DNA from: an uncultured Methanosarcinales archaeon
GTDB lineage: Archaea > Nanobdellota > Nanobdellia > Woesearchaeales > JACPBV01
Assembly (NCBI GenBank): GCA_964577685.1
Contig: CAZNZT010000006.1
Span: forward strand, 39,320-71,319
DNA: 32,000 nucleotides
Reading direction: 5' to 3'
Part shown: positions 25,681 through 32,000 of the stretch, piece after piece
Position numbering within the stretch: the stretch's first letter is position 1
Layout of the letters: every line of letters starts with the position of its first letter
Made by a program: the position numbers and the translations under genes
The notes under the pieces: model-generated
The model's input: the letters and a program-made list of their open reading frames with translations, nothing else
Told to the model about the DNA's origin: nothing
Database searches by the model: none

Positions 25681-27150
25681 ATGGTCACAACAATACTGGA
25701 CTGTTATACAGACGAGCCTGCAGGACTAGGGGTACCACCCTACCTAGGAACATATCCAAGATACTTAGCTGGTTATCTGAAAAAACCAGAATACATAACA
25801 ATAGATGACCTAAGATTCCTAAAATATTACAAATTAAATGAAAAAAAGAAAGAAATAAATCACAAAACAAACATCAAAATTTACAATTTAACAAAAAACA
25901 TAAAAAGAATAAACCAGATTATAGAGAAAACAAATACCCTATTCGTTATTCTAGGAATCCATACACCTGGAAAATACCTCTCTGCTATACCAGGAACACT
26001 AAAAGAAGTCTCTAATCTGATTAAAGATATGAGATGTGAAAAGATATTGGTCGGTCCTGCTTTTTTTGGAACTCAGCTGGAGGGTGGAAAACTATTTGAA
26101 AAAAATAACCTAAAGATATTCAACAAAATAAAACATTTTGAGTTTACATATCAAGAAATAGCAGAGTATGCAATAGAAGGAGCAAAAATAGTAAAGCAAA
26201 TACCAGACTTAAGGATAATAGAAATAGAAACAGGTAAAGGTTGTCCAAGAAGAGAAGGATGCTCATTTTGTACAGAGCCAATAAAAAATAAGCTTGAGTT
26301 CAGAAAAAAAGAAGACATAATAAATGAAATAAAAAGACTATACAATCTAGGATGCAGAAACTTCAGACTTGGCAAACAATCAGACCTTTATGCACATCCA
26401 GAAGTTATAGAGCTTCTCTCTGAAATAAGAAAATCATGCCCAGAAATAGAAGTTTTACATATAGATAATGTAAATCCAAAGAGTGTTCTTTCAAAAAGAG
26501 GACACGAAATAACAAAAGCGATTGTAAAATACTGCACACCAGGGAATGTTGCAGCATTCGGCATAGAAAGTTTTGATCCAGTAGTATATAAAGAAAATAA
26601 CCTTAACTGCACAGCAGAAGAAGCATATAAAGCAATAAAGATAATAAACAAATACGGAGCAAAAAGGGGGGAAAACGGAATGCCAAGCTTTCTCCCTGGC
26701 ATAAATATTTTATTTGGATTAAAAGGGGAATCAAAAGAAACGCATAAAAAAAATATGTACTGGTTAAAGAAAATACTAAAAAGCAACCTATTATTGCGTA
26801 GGATAAATATAAGACAGGTTACAATATTCAAAGGAACACCCCTATACAGAAAATGTAAAAATAAGTTTATCAAAAAAAATAAAAAACATTATTGGAAATG
26901 GAGAGATGAGATAAGAAAAGAAATTGACTTAAAGATGTTAAAAAGATTGGTGCCAAAAGGAACAATCCTAAACAGTGTAAAAGCAGAGATATATGATGGA
27001 AATACAACATTTGCTAGACAGATAGGTACATACCCATTAATAATAGGTATAAAAAAGAGAATCCCCCTAAAAAAATACTATAGCATAACAATAAAAGAAC
27101 ACATGCTAAGAAGTGTAATCGGTGAAATAAAAAGAGAGAATAAAATATAA
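25681..27150 (+). CDS. Radical SAM protein with a non-canonical CX5CX2C cluster motif (possibly the archaeal MJ_1487-like family)
   Basis: GKGCPRREGCSFCTEP. The N-terminal LDCYTDEPAGLGVPPYLGTYPRY resembles an archaeal radical-SAM family, recalled from memory only. Confidence 0.65.
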   Translation: MVTTILDCYTDEPAGLGVPPYLGTYPRYLAGYLKKPEYITIDDLRFLKYYKLNEKKKEINHKTNIKIYNLTKNIKRINQIIEKTNTLFVILGIHTPGKYLSAIPGTLKEVSNLIKDMRCEKILVGPAFFGTQLEGGKLFEKNNLKIFNKIKHFEFTYQEIAEYAIEGAKIVKQIPDLRIIEIETGKGCPRREGCSFCTEPIKNKLEFRKKEDIINEIKRLYNLGCRNFRLGKQSDLYAHPEVIELLSEIRKSCPEIEVLHIDNVNPKSVLSKRGHEITKAIVKYCTPGNVAAFGIESFDPVVYKENNLNCTAEEAYKAIKIINKYGAKRGENGMPSFLPGINILFGLKGESKETHKKNMYWLKKILKSNLLLRRINIRQVTIFKGTPLYRKCKNKFIKKNKKHYWKWRDEIRKEIDLKMLKRLVPKGTILNSVKAEIYDGNTTFARQIGTYPLIIGIKKRIPLKKYYSITIKEHMLRSVIGEIKRENKI

Positions 27151-27155
27151 AATGA

Positions 27156-27443
27156 TTATCTCAAAAAACTGAAGAATCCCTTTTTCTTTCCTTTCTTAAC
27201 AGATTTTTTAGATTTCTTGCCACCCCTCTTCATCTTAGCCCTACAAACATTACCTCTCTTATCTACATAATAAAGATAACCCGGCTCTTTCTTAATACCA
27301 CATTTATGCAAAACCTCTACCTTCTTCCTGTACGGCTTCCCAGCCCTCTTCATATTTACCCTGGCACAATTTCCCTTTTTATCTACAAAATATAGCCAAC
27401 CATCTTCTCTTTTTACTCCACATTTACATACAATCTCACCCAT
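27156..27443 (-). CDS. Small basic protein made of two tandem ~38-aa repeats plus a Lys-rich tail
   Basis: Repeat 1 is CKCGVKREDGWLYFVDKKGNCARVNMKRAGK and repeat 2 is HKCGIKKEPGYLYYVDKRGNVCRAKMKRGGK. The C-terminus is KKSKKSVKKGKKKG. Confidence 0.6.
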   Translation of the reverse strand: MGEIVCKCGVKREDGWLYFVDKKGNCARVNMKRAGKPYRKKVEVLHKCGIKKEPGYLYYVDKRGNVCRAKMKRGGKKSKKSVKKGKKKGFFSFLR

Positions 27444-27466
27444 TTTCTAAACACCTCTCCAATTTT

Positions 27467-27625
27467 TTAATCATATTGGCCCTTTACCTTATATCTATCA
27501 TCATTTAATATCTCTTCAATCTCACTCTGGAGGTTACGCTTCTCCTTATTCACAACACCAACTAACCTATACAACAAAAAAAGGCCAATGAAAATCCCCA
27601 CATAAAACTTAAAGCTAAATCCCAT
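27467..27625 (-). CDS. Unannotated small membrane protein, 52 aa (MGFSFKFYVGIFIGLFLLYRLVGVVNKEKRNLQSEIEEILNDDRYKVKGQYD)
   Basis: It falls below the ORF-track cutoff. It has one N-terminal TM and a charged tail, and it fills an otherwise empty 237-nt gap on the same strand as its neighbours. Confidence 0.4.
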   Translation of the reverse strand: MGFSFKFYVGIFIGLFLLYRLVGVVNKEKRNLQSEIEEILNDDRYKVKGQYD

Positions 27626-27680
27626 ATTTAAAAAGATAATATAACTTATTTATAAAGATTACTAAGCAAAAGAACAAAAC

Positions 27681-29282
27681 TCAATGGAACACGCTGCCGT
27701 CAAATGTCCATACAGCATTACTTTTAGCCTTAATCCAATAGCCATACCCCGGCTTCATTGTCTTAAGACTATTATCTGCTCTACCTGGAACAAAGCTTTT
27801 CCACTCATTGTTCTCAAATGAATAAACAGCGTTAATATCATCAAATACATTAGCAAAAACAACAGTAATATCTCTTTCATGGATAGAAGGGTAAGAAATC
27901 AGATTCCAACCTGGGCTTATATCAAAATTCAAAGAAGTAAACATAGTTCCATATACAGCCAAATAGCTACTATTTGAATAAAACCAAAAACCATAAGCAG
28001 GATTAATAGTATCAAAATTATTATTACCATCATCGAAATAATAAAGCCACTTTCCATTAGACATAGAAAAAACAGAAGAGCCAAATATACTCTTTACGGA
28101 TTTATCTTCTAAATCCAAAGGAAAAGATATAAGATTCCATCCTTGACTCAAAGGGATTGTAAAAGCAATAGACTGGCCATAAAGCCCCTTTAAAACATCA
28201 TACCTTTCATGCTTTATTTTTCTTTTTGCATCAACAATTCCAAAAAAGTTGGGATAATACTTCCACCACACATCATTATACTCCAAAAAACAACCACCTG
28301 CATGCTGTTTTGAAAGATTCCAATGTCCTTCTGCATCTTCTATATCATGACCAAACTCCCCAAGCATGTATGCCTTCCCTTGAGGAGCAGGAATTCTAAA
28401 CTCATTGCCAAGTTCATCTGCAGAATGCGTAAATGTATTTATTGCTATTACATCCACATTAGGCAAGTTTATAAAATCAAACTCTTCCCCAACATACTTA
28501 CTATAAATAATTGGCCTTTTTCTATGATCAATACTCTTAACATAAGAATAAAGCCTATTTAAATAATCATGCCTGCTTACAGTCCATGTGAACCATGCAG
28601 AATTCCATGAGCCAAGAACTTCATTACCTATTGCCCATGCAATAATAGCAGATGAATCTCCATATTCTTCAACAACCCTCCTCATCGTATCTTTTGCAAC
28701 CTCTAAATCATCCCAATCACACTCAAATTGATATCCTTCTTCATTGGGATTCTCGTCAACAAAATCCTCCTCCTGAATCCAATATCCCAAAATAACCTTC
28801 ATACCATTATCCTCTGCAAAATTTATTATTCTTCTCACAACCCAATCAGGCAAATCTCCCTGCAGAATCTCATCTTCTTCTGGAATTGAACTTCTGTCTA
28901 TGCGACCATTCAAATTTTTATCATGCCATACTCCTGTTGCATATGTCCTTATTGTATTTGCCCCAACTCTTTTCATTATTTCTAAATCATATTGAACTAC
29001 TTCCCAGGCTTCTATCCTTCCATTATGGTTATAATCAGTAACAGAAATACCTCCATTACTAACCAAACCCGTAACATCTTCATTCTCATCTGGAAATGGT
29101 TCATGAATATGTGGATTAGGACCAGTAGTCAGAAGCCAAGGTGCATAATCCACGCCTTTAATCAAAAACTCTTGTCCATCAATATAGAACTTCTCATTGT
29201 GTATATCCGCATTTGCAGAAACAAGACTAACCGAAAAAACAAATAAGCTAAAAAGTAAAATACAAATTATTTTGTTTCCCAT
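27681..29282 (-). CDS. Secreted clan GH-A (beta/alpha)8 glycoside hydrolase with two C-terminal ~75-aa GWNLISxP repeat modules
   Basis: Signal peptide MGNKIICILLFSLFVFSVSLVSANA. Also FYIDGQEFLIKGVDY, GANTIRTY, the acid/base-type AIGNEV and the candidate nucleophile LGEFG. The C-terminal repeats are QGWNLISFPL...YGFWF and PGWNLISYPS...YGYWI. Confidence 0.7.
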   Translation of the reverse strand: MGNKIICILLFSLFVFSVSLVSANADIHNEKFYIDGQEFLIKGVDYAPWLLTTGPNPHIHEPFPDENEDVTGLVSNGGISVTDYNHNGRIEAWEVVQYDLEIMKRVGANTIRTYATGVWHDKNLNGRIDRSSIPEEDEILQGDLPDWVVRRIINFAEDNGMKVILGYWIQEEDFVDENPNEEGYQFECDWDDLEVAKDTMRRVVEEYGDSSAIIAWAIGNEVLGSWNSAWFTWTVSRHDYLNRLYSYVKSIDHRKRPIIYSKYVGEEFDFINLPNVDVIAINTFTHSADELGNEFRIPAPQGKAYMLGEFGHDIEDAEGHWNLSKQHAGGCFLEYNDVWWKYYPNFFGIVDAKRKIKHERYDVLKGLYGQSIAFTIPLSQGWNLISFPLDLEDKSVKSIFGSSVFSMSNGKWLYYFDDGNNNFDTINPAYGFWFYSNSSYLAVYGTMFTSLNFDISPGWNLISYPSIHERDITVVFANVFDDINAVYSFENNEWKSFVPGRADNSLKTMKPGYGYWIKAKSNAVWTFDGSVFH

Positions 29283-29495
29283 TTTCTACCTAATTGTAAA
29301 GAGGGATAAACTCCAGGTAGTAACCAACAAAATAAAACAAGCAGGTATATAAAATAAAAAACATCCAACTAAGGAGTAAGATATGCTTCTTTATTTTAAC
29401 CCCCAAAAAAAGTGAATAAAAATAAATATTTAAATCTTTTTAAAGATTTTTTAAAAACACTAAATTTAAATATATCCATCCTATAAGATATACTA

Positions 29496-30653
29496 ATGAA
29501 AAAATCTCAAATTACCGGAAGGCCATTATTCTATTCCCTAATCATAATATCTGCTATCCTAATCCTAACAGTAGGTGTAAAACAAATAAAAGAATCATCG
29601 CTAAAAGCAAAAGAAATTGAAAAAATTACATATTACACTACACTAAAAAATTTAATTCAAAAACAAGCATTGAAATCATTTGGTAAGTTAAACGAAAAAA
29701 CAATAATGTTACCAAAAGGAATAGAAAAAATATGCTTTATTGACAGAACAAAAAATATTTCTCCATTTACAAACTGCAACCTAAATGAAGAAATTAAAAA
29801 ATATGGGGATAAAAATATATTCTTTGAACCATTCAACAAGTTTGAACCAATCTACATAGAGAACTTCAAGCTAGATGAAAGTGAAAACCCCTTATGCCTA
29901 AAGACATTCAGAAGCACTGTAAAACTAAGTCTAAAAAGCATGGGAAATTATACCTTAATAAGTACACTAAAACCATCAGACAAAACAAGTGACTGTATAC
30001 CCTTGTTATATAACTCACCCTACAATAATTCTGTTGATATTGTATTCTTAGGTTATGGCTACAAGAACAAAGACACCTACAGAAAAGATGTAAAAGAATA
30101 CATTGAACTATTCCTAGAAACAGAACCTTTCAAATCAAATAAAGAAAAGATTAACTTTTACATGATAGAGGACTTTAGCAGTATAGAGTGTGAAATAAAA
30201 TCTTGGATAAAATGCAACGAATTTAAAGCGAAAACACTAGCATCAAACTGTCCAAACGACTATATAATAATCCTAGTTGATAGAAGCAAGATTAAAGATA
30301 TGATAAATCCTATAAGGTCAAGTGCAAAATCAAACATAGCAAAGATAAATACAGCAGACAAGAACACAGTAGTACTGCATGAATTTGGCCATATATTTGG
30401 TAATCTCGCAGATGAATATGTTGATGAAAAGTATTATTCAAGAATAAACTTTGACCCAAGGGATTATCCAAATTGTGACACAACACCTTGCTCAAAATGG
30501 AGTCTTGTCCCAAATACAAGCTGTTTTAAGGGCTGTTCCTTAAGTAAGTATAGAAGAGCAACAAAAAATAGCATAATGAGGTCATTAACGGTCAATAGTT
30601 TTGGTCCATTAAATGAAGGAGTCCTAAAGGAAAGATTAGACCTATATGGATGA
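29496..30653 (+). CDS. M64-like (IgA-peptidase family) zinc metallopeptidase, membrane-anchored or secreted
   Basis: VVLHEFGHIFGNLADEY matches the HEFGHxFxxLADEY signature of peptidase M64. An N-terminal hydrophobic anchor is present. Confidence 0.75.
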   Translation: MKKSQITGRPLFYSLIIISAILILTVGVKQIKESSLKAKEIEKITYYTTLKNLIQKQALKSFGKLNEKTIMLPKGIEKICFIDRTKNISPFTNCNLNEEIKKYGDKNIFFEPFNKFEPIYIENFKLDESENPLCLKTFRSTVKLSLKSMGNYTLISTLKPSDKTSDCIPLLYNSPYNNSVDIVFLGYGYKNKDTYRKDVKEYIELFLETEPFKSNKEKINFYMIEDFSSIECEIKSWIKCNEFKAKTLASNCPNDYIIILVDRSKIKDMINPIRSSAKSNIAKINTADKNTVVLHEFGHIFGNLADEYVDEKYYSRINFDPRDYPNCDTTPCSKWSLVPNTSCFKGCSLSKYRRATKNSIMRSLTVNSFGPLNEGVLKERLDLYG

Positions 30654-30656
30654 AAG

Positions 30657-31259
30657 ATGGTAGCTCTAAAAACAATAATAAAAAAGAATATCCTGCTTAT
30701 AATTGGGTTAATACTAATCCCAGCCATCCATACAGAAGCAGTGTGCAATAAGGTTTTTGTTATAAATCTTAACTACAACCAAGGCAGCATTACATACAAA
30801 AACAAAATAATAAAATGTGGATTTCCTCCTGATTATAAGATACAGCCAGAAGAAGGTTATAGATTAGAGCTTATGTCACCAGAGGACAAAGTTGTCTATT
30901 CAATAAAATTTGAGGTTCCCTTAAAGGCCTACACAGATGAAGTGAACTCATATATGTTATCTGGTGGTCTCTTAATTTTAAATCAAACAGATTTTGCATT
31001 GGTACTACCATACTATGAAAATGCAAAGAACATTGTGATATACAACCAGAATAACGAAAAGATACTATCAATCAATTTAACAGAAGAAAAGCCATCTATG
31101 AGAAAGCAGTCTTTTATCTGGGTATTACTGATTCTCATAATAACGATATTCATTATGCTTTTATTATATAGGCACAAAAAAAAGAAATACACAAAAACAA
31201 CAGCAGAAACACCCCTACAAAGATATCCTCCATTTTACCCACCAAATTATCCAGGATAA
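30657..31259 (+). CDS. Hypothetical type-I anchored protein (signal peptide, ~125-aa ectodomain, C-terminal TM, Pro/Tyr-rich tail)
   Basis: N-terminal hydrophobic segment ILLIIGLILIPAI, C-terminal TM FIWVLLILIITIFIMLLLY and tail ...LQRYPPFYPPNYPG. It starts 4 nt after the peptidase stop. Confidence 0.55.
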   Translation: MVALKTIIKKNILLIIGLILIPAIHTEAVCNKVFVINLNYNQGSITYKNKIIKCGFPPDYKIQPEEGYRLELMSPEDKVVYSIKFEVPLKAYTDEVNSYMLSGGLLILNQTDFALVLPYYENAKNIVIYNQNNEKILSINLTEEKPSMRKQSFIWVLLILIITIFIMLLLYRHKKKKYTKTTAETPLQRYPPFYPPNYPG

Positions 31260-31298
31260 CAACTAATAATAATGGATAGCACCCAAGCTCTCAGAAAA

Positions 31299-31310
31299 TT
31301 TTATAAATAA
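31299..31310 (+). promoter_or_regulatory. TATA-like box TTTTATAAATAA upstream of the tRNA gene
   Basis: It is preceded by the purine-rich CAGAAAA (BRE-like). It lies about 40-50 nt upstream of tRNA position 1, which implies a leader of about 15-20 nt. Confidence 0.35.
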
Positions 31311-31348
31311 AACAAAGTTCCATCAATCAAACATTAAAAAATTTAGAT

Positions 31349-31484
31349 GCCCCTGTAGCTTAGTAGGTAGAGCGTACGAGCCCATGGGGCTACGAAGCTG
31401 TTAGCCTACTAGCAGGCACCGTAAATAATTTCTAAACGGAAGGTCGGCAGTTCGAGAGGAATACCGAATATCTGCCCAGGGGCG
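31349..31484 (+). tRNA. tRNA-Asn (anticodon GTT) interrupted by four putative BHB/BHL introns; no encoded CCA
   Basis: Acceptor stem GCCCCTG/CAGGGGC, D arm GCTT-AGTAGGTA-GAGC and T stem GGCAG/CTGCC. The exons are 31349-31378, 31397-31403, 31418-31424, 31442-31456 and 31471-31484. Joined, they give a 73-nt cloverleaf with anticodon arm TACGG-CTGTTAA-CCGTA, variable loop AGGTC and discriminator G. Confidence 0.8.
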
Positions 31485-31503
31485 TTTATTCTTTTATTTT
31501 TTT
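31485..31503 (+). terminator. Oligo-T tracts (TTTATTCTTTTATTTTTTT) immediately after the tRNA
   Basis: Archaeal RNA polymerase typically terminates at T-runs, and this tract starts right after the discriminator base. Confidence 0.45.
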
Positions 31504-32000
31504 GGATGGCTGCGTACCGTTCACCCTGTGGATGTTAAGAGGGGGCCGTTCACTTAAGGATGTTTATAAAATGATTTCTTTATGGGGAAGCGTTTTGAAA
31601 AACGAACAGTCAAACGAGCAGTCAAGGTTGCAGAATCCGTACCCTTAAGCAAAATATTCACTTTAAAGAACAAGTTTTACTGTTGTAACGCCTTTAGTAA
31701 GAGATTCTTCCATTCTGGTTTTTGGTTTATGCCTGCTTTTTGTGCTGGGGTTGCTTTTAGTGTCATGTGGTTTTTGATGAAGTTGTAGTATGTTTGGAAG
31801 TTTTGCGCAAACTGTTTCTGATTACCTTCAAATCCTTTCATTACCTTGTCTCGTTGCCTGAACGTTCCATGAAATCGTTCTAGTTTGTTGTTGCTACAGT
31901 CTTTATTTCGTAGGCTAACGTATCTTTTATGCGGCTTAGGATTCTTATAAGTAGCAAACTCTTTTCTTACAGCTTTTTCATAGCTAAAAGCTCCATCTGT
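31504..32000 (-). mobile_element. Partial insertion sequence (IS6-like); the left boundary is approximate
   Basis: GC content jumps sharply right after the tRNA terminator (about 50% in 31501-31560 against about 20-40% elsewhere, hand count). The segment contains the transposase 3' end. The terminal inverted repeat cannot be defined without the other end. Confidence 0.5.
31677..32000 (-). CDS. DDE transposase, C-terminal 107 aa (IS6/IS240-like); the N-terminus lies beyond the window end
   Basis: Minus-strand translation gives TDGAFSYEKAVRKEF...HKRYVSLRNKDCSNNKLERFHGTFRQRDKVMKGFEGNQKQFAQNFQTYYNFIKNHMTLKATPAQKAGI...*. This matches the TD..(S/A)Y.KA(I/V)...H...NN..E..HG..K.R...GF....A......YNF pattern of IS6-type transposases. 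It is not in the ORF track because there is no start codon in the window. Confidence 0.7.
   Translation of the reverse strand, partial: TDGAFSYEKAVRKEFATYKNPKPHKRYVSLRNKDCSNNKLERFHGTFRQRDKVMKGFEGNQKQFAQNFQTYYNFIKNHMTLKATPAQKAGINQKPEWKNLLLKALQQ

Noticed and set aside
29383-29415. A 10-codon ORF (MLLYFNPQKK) with a good AAGGAG site and an upstream TATA-like box, in the GH/M64 divergent intergenic region.
   Set aside because: There is no way to distinguish it from chance at this length. It is noted only as a possible leader peptide and would need Ribo-seq.
31379-31391. The hairpin AGCCC-ATG-GGGCT, read as an anticodon arm with CAT (tRNA-Met).
   Set aside because: The loop would be only 3 nt and there is no U33/R37 context. 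The same hairpin fits much better as the inner helix of the BHB motif of intron 1, and CTGTTAA (GTT) gives a canonical 7-nt loop on a perfect 5-bp stem.
31424-31445. The 22 nt between the anticodon stem and T stem kept as a class II long variable arm (stem TTTC/GGAA, loop TAAAC).
   Set aside because: Long variable arms belong to the Leu, Ser and Tyr types, and the D arm here is class I. Excising 17 nt leaves the very common AGGTC variable loop. This remains the least certain of the four introns.
31523-31540. CACCCTGTGGATGTTAAG resembles the tRNA 5' end (CCCCTGTAGCTTAGTAG), which could be an att-like duplication.
   Set aside because: The match covers only about 8 of 10 core positions with no extended identity. 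It matches the 5' end rather than the 3' end that integrases usually duplicate, so it is judged to be chance.
31582-31788. A 68-aa plus-strand ORF downstream of the tRNA.
   Set aside because: It overlaps the 3' end of the minus-strand transposase ORF, which has a recognisable DDE-family pattern. This ORF has no recognisable motif and is probably a shadow ORF inside the IS.
1-32000. A search for CRISPR arrays, rRNA genes, additional tRNAs, C/D-box sRNAs and long direct or inverted repeats in the intergenic regions.
   Set aside because: No regularly spaced repeats, rRNA-like segments or convincing C (RUGAUGA) / D (CUGA) box pairs were seen by eye. Absence is not proven without computational scans.

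Overview
This is an AT-rich, gene-dense window (about one third GC by eye) that looks like part of a small-genome, DPANN-like archaeon. Archaeal markers are RNase P protein Rpr2, CDP-archaeol synthase CarS, a Dph2 relic, TATA-like boxes, and a tRNA with bulge-helix-bulge introns. These are mixed with bacterial-type genes: class I GAPDH, a HydABC-like [FeFe]-hydrogenase, a Tat-exported LysM-NlpC/P60 hydrolase and an M64-like peptidase.

Layout:
- 1-8746: NuoE/NuoF-like subunits plus [FeFe]-hydrogenase HydA, GAPDH, a membrane pyrophosphatase, a DUF362/ferredoxin protein and PGK.
- 8736-12563 (minus strand): four uncharacterised genes, namely two long coiled-coil proteins, a CBS pair and one unknown.
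- 12689-16019: Rpr2, two unannotated micro-ORFs coupled to the LysM-NlpC/P60 gene, an 84-aa Dph2 fragment, NUDIX, RpiB and a membrane protein.
- 16003-23053: a polar-lipid head-group island. It holds padR-PHP-carS-psd and a tandem CDP-alcohol transferase, then an SDR, a PgsA-like gene, an alpha/beta hydrolase, a UPF0104 membrane protein and another CDP-alcohol transferase.
- 23171-27443: thioredoxin, a BASS/ACR3-like transporter fused to CBS, an FTR catalytic-subunit-like protein, a wHTH regulator, a radical SAM protein and a small tandem-repeat basic protein.
- 27681-31259: secreted or anchored proteins (GH-A glycosidase, M64-like peptidase, an anchored protein).
- 31349-31484: a 136-nt tRNA-Asn(GTT) gene.
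- From about 31500: a GC-richer IS6-like transposase fragment that runs off the window.

The strongest sequence-level observation is the tRNA-Asn gene. It yields a perfect 73-nt cloverleaf only if four short BHB/BHL-flanked introns are removed. No CRISPR array or rRNA was seen. All family calls rest on motifs read by eye and memory of those families; no searches were run.
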